Positions 47,356-60,338 of a stretch of 64,000 bases of DNA are shown in pieces (positions within the stretch are counted from its first letter, which is position 1; the number at the start of each line of letters is the position of its first letter). The notes below the pieces were generated by a model. That model was not told the origin of the DNA. It was given only the letters and a program-made list of their open reading frames with translations, and searched no databases. This DNA is from Penicillus capitatus. Lineage: Eukaryota > Plantae > Chlorophyta. The position numbers and the translations under genes were made by a program. The DNA lies in contig OZ287694.1 in assembly GCA_965649825.1 (NCBI GenBank), positions 371,197-435,196 on the forward strand. The letters are read 5' to 3'.

Positions 47356-50300
47356 CTGTAGAGAAAGTAGAAGAGCAGAATCATCAGCATGAGAAACGGC
47401 AACGTCAATGGCGTCAACACCGCTACCATCACCAACGTCGACGCCAACTGCAGCGCACTTCTGCGTCACATCATCGGTTAGCCACGTCACATCACGGAAG
47501 AGCGGACGACCTGACGAAGAAGGAGATAAAATCGACGAGATTCTTGTCGATGTCGGCCGTGTCTTTGGTCACACGGTTGATGATGCGACCCACCGGTGTA
47601 GTATGGCAGAACGACATCGGTGCCCGAATCAGTTGCCACATCATGTTTCGGTGCAAGACGTCGGAGGCGATGCGTCCCAGTCTCTTGAAATACAACTGAT
47701 TGATAAGGCTGACCGATACCTGGCCCAAGAGAATGGCGCCGTAGATCCACATGTAAAACATCTCTCCGTGATCGGCATCGTCACCAGCGTTGGTCCAGAC
47801 GGTTAGCCAGATGGTTCCGGCCACGCGGATCGCTTCGCCCATGGTGAACTGGAACATGAGGAAGAGGGAAGGCACTCGGCCACCCATCGCAGCGACGTAG
47901 CTTCAGATCACTTTGAGAGAGACCAGTCCGATGGAACGACGCTCTTTCTGTATCAGCTGCGATTCTTTGATCTCTGCTGAGGTCGTTGATGTGACAGCAG
48001 CACCTTGCGCCGCCGCCGCCGCCGCCTTTTGCGGTTTTCGGATCGCTTCGAATTCTCCCCGGCCAATTCCTCTTCGACCAGAGTCTCGGCCATCATCTGC
48101 GCGAAGCTTCCGTTTGGTTTAGCCATGAGCGACGCAGAGGTGCCTTCGTCCGTGATCTTGCCGTTGTGGATGTAGAAGATGTGATCGACAACATTTACGT
48201 ACTGCAGTTGGTTTGTCACCAACACCATCGTCTTGTCCTTCATGGCTCCCTTGATGCATTCGTGGAAGACATTGCGCCCGACGTGCGCGTCCAGCGCAGA
48301 GAGGGGATCGTCCAGGAGGCAGATATCCGCATCGGCATACACCGCCCTGGCCAGGGCGATTTTCTGTTTCTGTCCGCCAGATATATTAATCTCCTTCTCA
48401 TCCAGTTCTGTCTGATCGCCGCCTGGCAGCACCTCCAAATCTGGAATCAAACTGGCGGCGTGAATGGCGGCGGCGTGAATGGCGGCGGCGTGAATGGCGG
48501 CGGCGTGAATGGCGGCGGCGTGAATGGCGGCGGCGTGAATGGCGGCGGCGTGAATGGCGGCGGCGTAGCGCCCTTCGTCAAATGCCGATCCGAAGAGAAT
48601 GTTGTCGCGCATGGTGGCGTTGATGATGAAGGGCGTCTGCGGGATGAGTGCCAGTCGACCGTGCACCGGCGTCTCCGTGCCGGCGACGTCCTGCATCAAC
48701 CCAACGATGCTGGACAGAATGGACGACTTGCCGGAGCCTGTTGGACCCGCAATGGCCGTCAACGAACCGGCAGCGATGTTCAATCGGAGTCCTGGCAGAA
48801 CAACGCCGTCATTTGTATTCCACGCAAAATCGCCGTGCACCTCCACAGCGATCTCTCCTACATCACCACAGCCACTGACGCCAACCCCTCGCCGTGTGAT
48901 GGGGGGACCTTTGGCTGCGGGAGGCATAAACGTGGCTTCCGGCTGCTCGTTCGATTTGAGAAACGCCTCCAGACGCTTGAGCGATACATTCGCCTGTGGC
49001 ACGTGCATTGTATGGAGGCGTAGAGAGATGCTGAACAGACTTGTGTGAGTTGGGTGATGACCTGAGGGAGTTGAAACATCGGAAATCGCAGAATGTTGAA
49101 CAGGGTCAGCGAGACGAACGCCTTCGATGCCGTCAGTTCGTTCCCGATGAGGTCATAGACGGCAAAGGTGGAAACGGAGACCACCGATGGGACACTGGTC
49201 ACGATGAAAGTATTCACCGCACCTACACACGCCCTCCACCTCGACAGAACTATCGAGGGTCAGCGGAGGCGCACTGAGGACAAAGGACTTCCAGAGAATG
49301 CCGAGCTCCCGTCCACGAACGGCCAGGATGCGATTCCAGAACGGCTTCTCCCGAGCATTGCATTTGACGGCGTCGACGCCTAGAACGAGAAGGCGGTGCA
49401 CGTGGGGTAGATGGGATGGCGAGGGGATGTATTGCCTGAGACGAGTTCTCCTTCGAGCTTTGCCCTTTCGTCCGTTTCTTGCAGCGCTCGACGGACAAAG
49501 CCAGCAGACCACCGCACAATGGCTGTCTGTACTGGGACCAAGACGAGCAGCGACGCCACAGCGACAAGGGATGAGACACCGAGTTGGCGAAAGAGCATGG
49601 CGGAGGCGCCAATCATACGCGGCGGAGCGGACATCGGACTCAACGAATTCTGGCAGGCCAGTTGAGGCGCTTCGGAATCTGAGGCGACAAAGTTGAAGAT
49701 CTGTCCGGTGGGAGAAGGCAGCTCGATTGGTGGGTTGGATGTAGAGCGATTTACGATGGACCTCCGTCGTAACGATCGATCGCATTTGGAATCCGGCACG
49801 CATCACGCGCTGGAAGTGCTGGTTGTCGGCGAGGGTGCCGAGAATGAGGGCCACGAACATCGACACGACAATGGTGTATCCCTTCCACGAGGGCTCGTCA
49901 TCTTCGACCGTTTTGAGCAGGAGATCCAGAAACACCGGCGCGGTAAACTGCGCGGCGTCGTTCATGAGCTTGAGGGGAACGGCCTGTAGCGATGGCATCT
50001 CACACAACGGGTCACATCAAAAAGTGCGACCAAACTTGGAGGAAGAGGCGCTGAATGCATCTCCACAGCGCACGGAAAAGACTGGGCTGTTGCCACCTCC
50101 TGGGTCCCCGTCCCCGTCTGAGCAACATCTCACTCTTCCAGTGCTTCTGAAACGTATTCAAGAGCGACTGTGCGCGATCGGGGCGATCCAGCAGCCAGAT
50201 GTCTTCGAAATCTAGCGGCTGTTTGTAGCCTTGAGGCAGAAAGAGAGAGATCCACGTGAAGAGGAGACGCGACAGGATGCTCACTCGATTCTCCAGAATG

Positions 50301-51248
50301 ACATCGGTATCGAACGGCGCCGATGTCGTCTCCGGTGCGTCTTCTATCATCTACACCACGAAGATGATGCGTAAGTGCGATAGGAGGCGGCGAAGTGTGA
50401 CCTCGTAATCATGATGTGACGTTTGAACGAGATGATGTGACCGCGGTACTTGAGCGACGGAAAAGACGGCGAGGAAGAGATGACAGGCAACAGAGATCAT
50501 ATAGATCGCATAGAATTTATCTTGATCCGTTAGATCCGGTTGAACGACAAAACTGAACTTGGCAAGTTGACCTGCGCAGACACGAGCGTCACACTTTTGA
50601 TAGAGTGAGACGTCACACCTGCTGCGACTAAGCAGATAGAGAAGCGCGTGCTCCAGACGCCTTCCAGGTGAATCGGTAGAGTTCTCGGTAGAGAACCATG
50701 AAGGCAACGAACCAATAGACGATGGCCAAGACAAAGCCTATATCACTCTTTCTCACTCTTTGCCCGTCGAAATCGAATGCAGCGACAGACTCATGTATTC
50801 GTAGGGAGCCAATGCCCCGTCTGGACTGATGAGAATTTGACTCTCACTCAAACGGGCACCGAACTCAAAGAGCGCCGCCACAAAACACGTCACGCCCGTC
50901 ACAAAGGCGCACCTGAGCGGCAGCACATACAGACGATGCCGAGTGGGCATTCATCTCGTCGATATCACCCACCATTGATAAACCTGAGCCGTGCCTGTGA
51001 GGCGATAGCGTCTGATGTGCCCATACCTCGTACGGTACCAGTACCGCAGGAAGAGAACAGCGCCAATGCGGTGACAGCATCCTATGGCACAGAGACATAC
51101 CATCGCAGAGATTCGCAGATGGACGTAGGGATGCGCCTAAGATAAGGGCGTCGACAAAACACGGCGAGTAGTTTCCGATGGCATTGGAGAAATGCGTCGC
51201 GACGCTCTCGGCGCCGCAGAAATCGGCCGCGATTCCGTGATCTTTCAT
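47350..51248 (-). pseudogene. ABCC/MRP transporter (TMD0-TMD1-NBD1 and part of TMD2), frameshifted and 3'-truncated
   Basis: N-terminus FCG...NAIGNYSPCFVDALILG. GYKQPLDFEDIWLLD. Walker A GPTGSGKSS, signature ISGGQKQKIALARAVY, Walker B LLDDPLSALDAHVG. TTPVGRIINRVTKD. There is a +1 frameshift near 49711 (FS-TGQIFN) and no NBD2. Confidence 0.9.
48454..48566. repeat. Perfect 15-bp tandem repeat x7 (AAAIH) inside ABCC NBD1
   Basis: GGCGGCGGCGTGAAT with period 15; TGAAT occurs at 48461 ... 48551. Confidence 0.95.
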
Positions 51249-51330
51249 CCGAACGCGAGCAAAGGGATTGCGAACAGAAGGGCGCCGTCGTGATGTGACG
51301 TTACATCGAAGTCGCTGTGAAGACGTCCCA

Positions 51331-52662
51331 TCATTTCGCCGCCGGAGCCGCCGATCGGCGTTTGAAACGGATCGGCGAGATGCTTCCTTCGAGATAGAGG
51401 CCAAGGCAGAGGAAGAGAAGATAGGTGCAGAGTTGGGGAGACCCATGGGCCAGGGCGACGATCGCGGGACCGGGGCAGATGCCACCCAATCCCCATCCGC
51501 TTCCGAAGATCAAACCTCCCGTCAATAGTTTCGCATCGACCTGTTTCACGCATAGCGCGAATGCTCTTCTGCGTGTGACGTTGATGTGACACCTGTCGGT
51601 TGGTCGGTACTTGGAATTGATCGGCGCAGAGTGGGGCCTTTCGACGAAGGATGATGTTGAACATGTGCATCGCGATGAAGAGAGCCGCGCCCTTGACGCA
51701 CATTAACGACGGATCGAATCCCTCGTGCAGTGGCGAGAGAAAGGCGGCGACCTTAGACGGCAGTGTCAAGCCTGACGACAGGAAATGACCCGTGATGCGA
51801 AATAGCGGGACGCGCACCGGATAGACAAAGGGCTGAGCCGAAAACGCCGCCACAGATGCCGTCGGCCAGGCCGTCGACAAATCCATCTGCAGTCTTCTGC
51901 TCAGTGGGCTTCTCTACAGAAGAGCAGCAGCGAGTGAACATCGTATAAAAGAATGAGCTCACTCTTTTGGAAAAAGAGTGAGGGCAACGTCAGCGCAAAG
52001 AGTGAGAAAAGCGCGAAGAGCGTCATGCTTTGAACAAACGATGCGCTGGGTGGGGAGGTGCTGACTGCAGCGACGACCCCTAACGCCTCAGCCGTTTTAG
52101 TTAACGTCGCTGTCACGACACCGGTCACCATGAACACACATCTACACCCAAGCGACAGTATCTCGCTCAAACAGTCACACTTTTAAGCGTAGTTACGTGT
52201 AGACGAAGCTTCGGAGTGAGAAACGCGCATTGCCGCATATACCGTGACCAGAAGTGCAGCCATTGCCCATAGCGCTGCCGACACCGACGAGCAACCCAGA
52301 CATCGCCGCCCAAAGGTGCTACCTCACACACGACCTCACTCAAGACAACCAGTCCAGACGCAACGCACAGAGTAAGTAATCGCTTCAAAGGCAGCGGGAT
52401 AGAAGAACGTCGCAGCCAGACCACTCCCGGCCAACCCGCCGAGGAAAGACGGACGCCACGGGTCGACATTGCCCCTCAGAAGACTACTGAAAAATGCGCA
52501 GCGTTCAGCAGGAAACGCCTTCTGGGAGACATACCGTAGTGTGTCTGAAATGCCGAGAATGCGTCCAGTAGTTGCGAGTTTTGCCGCGGGGCGGCGGCGG
52601 CGCCAAGGAGCGCGCCGCCGACAGAACTGTGAAAAGGTGTTAACGCAGAAAAACACTGCCAT
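51331..52662 (-). pseudogene. YeeE/YedE (sulphur-transport family) membrane protein, frameshifted
   Basis: [47 protein letters not shown]...DPSLM, GGLIFGSGWGLGGICPGP. Apparent frameshift near 52590. Confidence 0.8.
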
Positions 52663-52728
52663 GTGGGTCAGATTGCCGAGACGGGACGGATAAGAGAGGA
52701 GTCTGGTGTCTCCATCCGAGAGTCTCCG

Positions 52729-53720
52729 TCAGGAGGTTTGTTGGTATCGTTGACTGGTCGACCAAATGATGGGCGGAACGTCGCGTCGTACATGCAACAG
52801 TAGTGGCCAAGTAAGTCCGTAGAGCAAAATGCCACCATTGTCGAGGATCTTCTGCAGAATCGATTGATTAGCGAATAGACGTACGCTGCGGGACGGGACT
52901 ACAGTGTCAGTGGTACGACATCTTCGTTGGAGGCGTTGGACATGGATCGTTGCTGTCTGAATCTCTGCGTCGGACATGTGGACTAGCGAGGCGTTCTGGA
53001 AGCGGAATTCGGTAAGGATCTCTTCATCGGACAAGCTCTGATCAACTCCTTCTATGACTATGGACGGTCCTGGCGGTGTCGTTGGGGCAGCGCCTATGGT
53101 CCGAGTGCCGTGGATTCGAGCACGAGAGGCGGATAAGAGGCAGTCATGATGGCTTGTTTGGCAGCTTCACTGAGTTGTAGTTTCCAACCTTCGCGAGGCA
53201 AGCGTTTTAAGAATTCAATATGGCCATCCAGGGCAGCTGGGAGTTCAAGGCGTTGCATGAGGAAGCGAGTGGGTTGGCGTCTGAAGGATGGGTTTGGAAT
53301 CGATTCTTGGCGTTGTGGGTCGGCCTGAGGAGTCAGGAAGCACTGCCTTGAGATGTCTGGTTGGAATGGTCTCAGAAGACGAAGTCTTTGAAGGACAGAC
53401 CGTTTTTCAGCCGAGAAATTCGAGTTGGCGGATCTCGGGAGATCGTCAGGCCGTTCAATGGGATGGTTCGTAGCTCTGGAAGTGCGGTCAACGCCTTCTC
53501 GTGCCTTCTCCGCGTAGGTCGGCGGGCGGAGTGCGGGTTCAGATGCCGGCCAAACCGTAGGGGCGCGTTGCAGGGCTTCGGAGATTCCGACAAAGAGGCC
53601 GTCCAATCTGGCTGCAACAATTTGGCAGCGCATGTCTTCTGGATGGTCATCTGCGGCACCTCCTTGCGCATGAGTCAGCATTTCCTGGTACGTCTTCTGT
53701 TGTCGGCGGAGGAATTCGAC
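52729..53720 (-). mobile_element. Degenerate LINE ORF1 (gag-like) remnant
   Basis: PPTYAEKA..., DEEILTEFRFQN...SRSVRLF...GGILL...PPIIWSTSQRYQQTS, which looks like a decayed P.QC..CQR.GH knuckle. Stops and frameshifts are present. Confidence 0.55.
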
Positions 53721-53889
53721 GAACTCTGTCCATGGACGTTGGCCTGTAATGCCTGGGTCCTCCGTGTTTGTGGCTTCCGTCGGAGCCCTCCGCGGGATTC
53801 GGTGCGCATCGCAAGTGCGTTTTCCTCCCGGCTCGGGGGGGAAGGTCGGATTCGGGGTTCCGAGCAGAGGTGGATGGTCGATGTGACAT

Positions 53890-54165
53890 GATAAGATGAA
53901 TGGATGTTGAAGCGTTCGTGCGAAGATGCGAGGGTTGTCAAAGCGGAGCCAGACCCGTCTTAGAGACGAATGGAGAGGCATTGAATGCCCTGTGGCAAAA
54001 TACATGTTGTTCCTCGACTTCTTAGGACCAATCGAGCTTGGAAGATATCAAAAGAAGAACAAGCACGTCTTAGCAATCGTCGACGGGCTAACCAGGTTCT
54101 GCCAGTTGACGATAACGACGCACCCAAACGAAGAAACCGTGATCAAGGCCCTCCACGAGATGGTG
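53890..54165 (+). mobile_element. Ty3/gypsy-like integrase fragment
   Basis: DVEAFVRRCEGCQ (Zn-binding end), then after a frameshift LFLDFLGP...KHVLAIVDGLTRF (first D of the DDE core). Confidence 0.75.
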
Positions 54166-54167
54166 GA

Positions 54168-55424
54168 ATGCCACCGTGGCAAGACAGGGAGATTCGCTTC
54201 GACTTGAGCTCGAAGCAGATTCGACCGCGCAACGGCGAAACGGGCGTCGCCGCTTTGGTCCGTTCCCGTTGACCCGACGCCGTCGTCGATGGGCGCCGCC
54301 GCGTCTAGGAGAACGTCGAAGACGCGAAAGGACGGCGCTATGATATAGGCTGCCTCTATGTGACCCATCTCCGCACCGTATGGATCTCCCTCAGGCGAAA
54401 GCGCTGCAACATATCCGTCGGCCATCGCTGCATCGACGACGTGCAATTCGAAGACGCGCACACACGCCTCCGCGGCACGGACGTCTCTGAAACGACGTCT
54501 TTTGTGAAGATGACGTCTATAGGCGAACGCGCCGTGCTGCATTTCCTCACGCGTTACGGCGACTCGAGATTTCACTTCGTCTTTAGCAGCCACGAAAGCG
54601 ACGCCCGCGACGTCGGCGAGGTCCTGCGCCAGACGATCGAGACCTGGCGATGCGAGGTGCGCCGGACCGTACCGTACCGTACGTCCATACCGTAGACGTC
54701 GAACGCAGCCTGTACAGATCTCTTGATGAAAGACACGGCATTGCTGGTGCTGAAGGACGAAGACGTGGTCGAGCGCACCGAGCCGGTGCATAACTTGCTC
54801 TGTGACGAGCCGCATCGCGGCGTGCTGTTCGTGACGAACGTTCGCGTGGTGTGGAGTTCGTATCAGACGCCAGACCTGAACGTCAGCATTTCTTACCCGC
54901 AGGTAAAGCCCCAGCTGTCACATCACGTGGATCGGCTGTGGGTCGCGTCGGGCAGATGCGCAGCGTGAAGCTGCGGGATTCGAAGTTTGGTCAGGCGTTG
55001 GTGGTGGAGACGTCTGCCGAGAGCGGCGGTTATGTACTGGGCTTTCGCCTGGAGACGAAAGACGAAGGGCAGCGACTGCAGAAACAGATAGCCTCTATGC
55101 GTGCCGCATCCCCACGCCATCCGACCTGCAGCGTCGACCCCCAGGACCTTACGCCCCATCCGAGGCCCCCTGAGGTCTTTCGGCCGACGGACACGACACG
55201 TCGCGACCGTTGCCGGCCATCGCGCGCAACGACGCCTGTGTGTGCGGCTTAGGGATGCGGAAGACGATGGGCAGCACGTGCGATGTGACGTCCTTGCGCG
55301 TTACTACTGTACGAAAGAGGGAGAGGCGTCTGAACAGCCTCCGGTGTTCAACGCGACGCTGGGTCTCGCCGTCGAGGCGCTGCGCGACGGCGTGACGATC
55401 GAGGATCTGTGGAACGTTGCTTAA
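54168..55424 (+). CDS. BBS5: Bardet-Biedl syndrome 5 protein (divergent, possibly a decaying copy)
   Basis: WQDREIRFDLS..., VEDAKG...VTHLRTVW...NISVGHRC, LFVTNVRVVW, LRDSKFGQALVVE..SGGYVLGFR, PVFNATLGLAVEALRDGVTIEDLW* follow the BBS5 sequence in order across short introns. Confidence 0.85.
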
Positions 55425-57584
55425 GAGGAAGGACCGTTGTTGGATACGTCGAGGCGAGACATCAGCCGCGACGTTACGTGGTTTTCTTTGTCCATTGCGG
55501 CAGACCGTAAGGCGTCGCGCGCTGATCCACCCATCGCTCGCCTTTCTCCATCGCATCACTCGGAGGCGGCAAGGCCGCCAGGCGTTTCTGAAGGGAATCC
55601 CCGGGTCCTGGCCAAAAGGCGGCTGGCGGCGGGAGGCGTGCACGAGGTGGAGGAGTACCGACCGAGTATGCCGAAGGTGATTTTGTGCAGAAGGTTGCCG
55701 CTCTTCTGAATATCTGCCACATCTTGCAGCGTCTCGTACGACATCTTGTACGCGTGTCGCTCGCGTACGAGGTTTGACACGACGGTCGCGTCATTCGACC
55801 TCCTCAGCGAGCTGAAGGCAGCACACGAGATCAGAAGCGTCGCGCGCACCGGCTACGACTTCTCAATCGAGGCGGCGTGAGGCTGGATGACGGGTACGCG
55901 TTTGAGCAAGGGCAAGAGACGCGTCAGTTTGGGCAGTCCGAGGCACAGGGCTAAGGATGTGCAGGCGATGAGGAGCGACCGCGTGAGGCCCCTAACGCAC
56001 ACGGCGGCGTTCGTCCTGAGCGTGAGTGGCGGCGCGCACCGCTCGCGATGCAACGAGTCGGTCATGCACAGCGCCGCGTCGTTCTGCGCTGTGAGCTCGG
56101 TCAGTATCTGCTTCGACGTCTGCGACGCATCGACGATACCCTGTCGCGCATCTTGTGCCTGTCGACGGTATGTTCGTTCGCATAGAGGGACGAGCTCGGA
56201 GGGTCATATGCCAAACTTGCTCGACCGATGTGTGGAGCTCCGCTCCGCTGGAGTTGAGGTCCTTCAGCAGCGTCTTGAATCGTTGCTCTTGCGAGTGGGC
56301 GATTTCAATTGCCTGCGTCAGTTTCAGCTCCTGCTGCAGATCTTGCGACGTCTTCTGATGCGTCTGCACATCGGTGCCTGCACAGCGCTGGGCGGCAGCC
56401 ATTACATCACGTTGTCGTACACCTGCGTGGCCCATGTTCAAGTTGAGCACTCCTGGATAGCGCTCCGGCGTCAAGCACTCGGCCCACGACGCCGTGCGCT
56501 GCCGTGGATAGGCCGCCACGTAACACGACGGATCTGCCTGGCGCTCGGGCGACGCCTCGTGCACCAATTGCCGTACGGCGGCCTCTTTACTCGACGGCAT
56601 CAGCAATTCACGAATCTCTGTCCACTGCTGCCGAATGCCATTCCACCTCTCCTCAACACCTGGCGTCCCATGTGCACTCGACCCGCTGACCTTCTCTGTG
56701 CGTCGGTCGTTGGCCTTAAGATCCATCCGGCGACGATGTCCTGGACAGCTGGAGAGCGAAAACGATCGTCGTTGCGTTGGATGTCGCGCAGCAGATGATC
56801 ACGTCCGTCGAAACGCGCGACGCTGAGGCATCGACGCAGACGCCGGAGTTCCGCTTCGCAACGCACGAGCGTCTGCGGCACGGACGTGATGTGACCGTCC
56901 GCATTCGCCCTGTCGACCGCCACCCTTGACCGATCCGCGACATGCTCGGGCCCTTCCTTGCCCGAGAAGCGCATCGTGCAGTCGGTCGAGCGAACGCAGA
57001 GACGACGCCAGTTCGGTCACCATGAGCGATTCGCCCGACGACTCGACGTCGCGTTTTTCGACGGCGGCGCGTGGCGTCCGGTCGTCCAGGCGCATCGCAT
57101 CGGCCCACGTCATCACGGCGTCCGTACCGCCGCCCGTCGCTTTCTTCTCCGTCGTCATGGCTGGTGAACTGCGCGCCACGCCGCACCTCGTGATGTGACC
57201 CTTTCTGCGTCGGTCTGCTGATTTGGCACAATGACGTGACTGCGTGGACAAAAAACTGTCGCTTCATTGACAACGGAACACGCTTCGCCGCTTCCCGCAC
57301 CGACTGTTCGGCTTTCTTCTGCTCGCGCTTGATTTCTGAGACGCTTTACGCGAAAGTCGAACTAACGCAAGAGAGGGGATTACCTTGCATCTGCCGTTCG
57401 ACGGAGCGGGTCTCGCCGCGTAATGAGGTCTGCCATTTGCGTACGAGCACTTTGGGATCCTGTCGTGTGCCAAAAGCCCGCTCGAATGCAGAAGATGCTG
57501 CTCCCTTCATGTGTGTCGTCGTGATGAAGCGCCGCGTTCATTTCGGCATAGATGGAGTCATTTGGTCCGCAGCTGTAATCATCG

Positions 57585-59232
57585 GTGGACGTCGCGCGCA
57601 AAGTGGCCGAGGTTTTCTCGGCGATGGAAGCCGCGGCGAAGGTGGCGATCTTTGCGCATCCTGACGGAGCGGACTCGATCGCCGCCTACGGAATTCTGAA
57701 GGTGCGCATCGCCCGCTGTGGGTGCGGCAATGGAATGGGACGTCGCAGATGCTGCTGTTCTACTGCCGCCGCGACGTGGAAGCATACACGGACTGCACTT
57801 CGGCCGAGATCGTCCACCACCATCTCACGGCGGCGGAAGACAAGGCAGCTTCTCTCTGGCTTCGGAGGGAAGGTGTGAGATGGTGTGATCAGGAGGCTGG
57901 GATGCTTTTTATGGTGAACTGCTACCACGAAACGGTGGAGGAAGCTATGAGGCAGCTGCCTCGACTCTCTGAGGCTGCGATCGTCGTTCTCGACAGCCGG
58001 TGGGCGCGAAGGAGGCAGACGGTGGGTGGAGACGCTCCGTTGCTCTTCCTCGGCGGCACCGGTGCTATCCCGATGAGCACTGTGTCGCGATGAGGCGACG
58101 GGAATGCAGAGGAGGATGTCCTACATCGTGTCCACGAGCGCAGTCAGCGACAGCGGCTGCCGTGTTACAGGTACCACGGCACGCCCGCCTCTCTCTGCGC
58201 CTGTCACCTTTGATCTCCATGACGCCGAGTTTCCGGCGTCACAATGTTCTCTGGTTTCCTACGAACTCGATGCTGGATGGTGCGACGAAGTGTGAGATGC
58301 AGAAGGTGTGACTGGTCACTCATCTACTCTTTCCTCCCTCACCTGTGCCTGCAGGTGGAGTCCAGCACAGAGCAGATGGGCATCGAGTAGCGCTCTCCTG
58401 TAATCTCGCGTGTGTGAGTCGGGTGATGCGGTGCAGGGAATCCCACGAGACCTGCCTGCACTTCTTCCAGCAGTCGAATCCGTGGGACGCCCTGCACACG
58501 AGTCCGCACCTCTACGAGAAGTTAGACGCCTCCGGGTTCGAAGACTTCATCGCCAACGCGCTGGGATTACCGCAGCACATAGCCGAGTACTCCTACTGTC
58601 CGATCTCACTTTCCGCTGGGTAGCTGCCCTGAAGCTGCGCCCTGTAAGACCAGTTCGTGACCGGACCTGGAAGGGAGATCTGGAGCGAGCTGCAGACGTC
58701 CGGCAACCTCGTCGGCGTGCAGGACCTCGTGCTGCCCGGCTTCCAGAAGACGTTCCAGGACGGATACCTCGTCCACGCGATGGACCACGCCTTGGCCGTC
58801 AACCGTTAGCCGTTCAGCAAGAGCTTGACCTGGAAGAGAGCGAGGTGCACTGACTGCAGTGGCGCTGTGGCATCTGAGGGAGAAGCAGCACCGGCGGGAG
58901 ACGATCTGCATCCACGACATCTTCTGGTCCGTCAGCGCCGCGACCTGAATTCGGAGGTCGCAGAGAGTGAGGGTTGTCTGGATGTGTGAGGGGCGGGAGA
59001 AGCCATGGGGAAGCCGCAGGACACGATCCCGCGCTACGTCGAGATTCTCAAATCGGACTGCGATTCCAGACGCCAAAAGTGTGACCGAGAACGTCACACA
59101 TCTTTACCCGATACGTTCTCCGCCGGTTCGAGGACGCGGAGGAATGAGTCTCCGAAATGAGGTCATCCCTTCTGCCTCACTGGACACTCCCGCATCGGCA
59201 GTGCTGAATGTTTGCCTGTTGAAGACAGTACC
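57585..59232 (+). CDS. CDC45: Cdc45-like gene (divergent; 3' part apparently frameshifted)
   Basis: KVAIFAHPDGADSIAAYGILK (DHH-like motif), MLFMVNC...IVVLDS, FFQQSNPWDALHTS...FEDFIANALGLP, VGVQDLVLPGF...VHAMDHALA and HDIFWSVSAA occur in Cdc45 order, with ~54-nt introns. Confidence 0.55.
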
Positions 59233-60338
59233 TGTCGGATATGCAGATGTCACGTCGCCCGCCACAGCCATCAGAACGGTTGCGTCGGCGAAGAACCACC
59301 CTAGCGCGCTGACCATCGGTCGCGACGGGTGTTCGCCTCTGACCTGCTGTTACAATAACGGTAGGCTGATGGTTGTTGAAGGTGGGCAGGAGTTCACAGC
59401 TGTTGCTCTTGAGGTTAGGGAATCCCCAACCACCGCGAGTACTTAAACGCGACAGTTTCATTTAATCAACTCGTATTCCTGTGTTCGCGGTCTGAGCGTG
59501 CGTTCACGTCGTCGTTCGCGCTGAGAGCCGATTCGTGTGAAGCGCATCGTTACATCGATTCCCGACAACTGGTGGACCTCCGGGGTAAGTGGCGCCCTCA
59601 ATGCCACCGTGGAGGAGCGAGGTGCTGCCGTCAGTGATAGCCCTGCCGAAGAACATTTCGACCCCGTCAGCGGCCAAGAGAAGACGCTGTGGCCTGCAGC
59701 TGCGGAGACGACGATGTCCCGACCCGGCCGAGTCGACAGACACGCGTGGCCGACTGCGCGTACCGTGTCTTCCTCGTGCGCGGGCGTGGCCACTCTGCCT
59801 AGTGTTTTTGCGTTTTCGTATCCGTTCCGTCCTCCGTCCTGCGCAGGCAGCTGCGACCAGCAGTCGCGCTGCCACTGCACCGATAACGAAGTGGACAGGG
59901 TGCAGCATTGCACGGCGGAGCGACGCATTTCATTGGAAACGCAAGAAGCGTTTCTGTATCCGACCGTTTTGCCTGTTGGCGCTGGACCGTTTAGGACGGC
60001 CAGTGCGTCGTTGTTTTCGTTGTCGTCGTTCTTTTTCCGTGCAGCCGTACTACTGTTTTGTGCGTCTTTGGCTGTTCTCTCCCTGTTGGAGCGGTTGGCT
60101 CGTGGACGTTATGTCAACCGCTGGGGGAGTCCTGACGTGGGTACAACAACGGTTCTGGCCCCGCGGACCGGACAGGGTGTCCGCTTCCTGATGTGACAGG
60201 GGTCCGCGGGGGCCGGCGGGTATATAAGCTGACGTCACGCCCTGCCTGTAGCTTTTGCATTGGCTCAGGTTGTCTCCTCTGTCCGACGCTGCGCGTTCGC
60301 GCTGACCGCGGCGCGCGAGTCGTAATCGATTCTCGTCA
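59233..60338 (+). mobile_element. 1106-bp TRIM-like LTR element with non-identical LTRs and TSD GTACC
   Basis: GTACC at 59228-32 and 60339-43; the empty site is in the sister copy near 45680. 5' LTR 59233-59567 (TGTCGG...CCGACA). PBS-like TGGTGGACC at 59570. PPT-like GGGGGAG at about 60123. 3' LTR 60133-60338 (TGACG...CGTCA). Confidence 0.85.

Noticed and set aside
55474-57450. Minus-strand spliced gene; the segment SEIKREQKKAEQSVREAAKR resembles ESCRT-III VPS24/CHMP3
   Set aside because: Only one short segment matches and I could not assemble the downstream exons. Probably coding, but unassigned.
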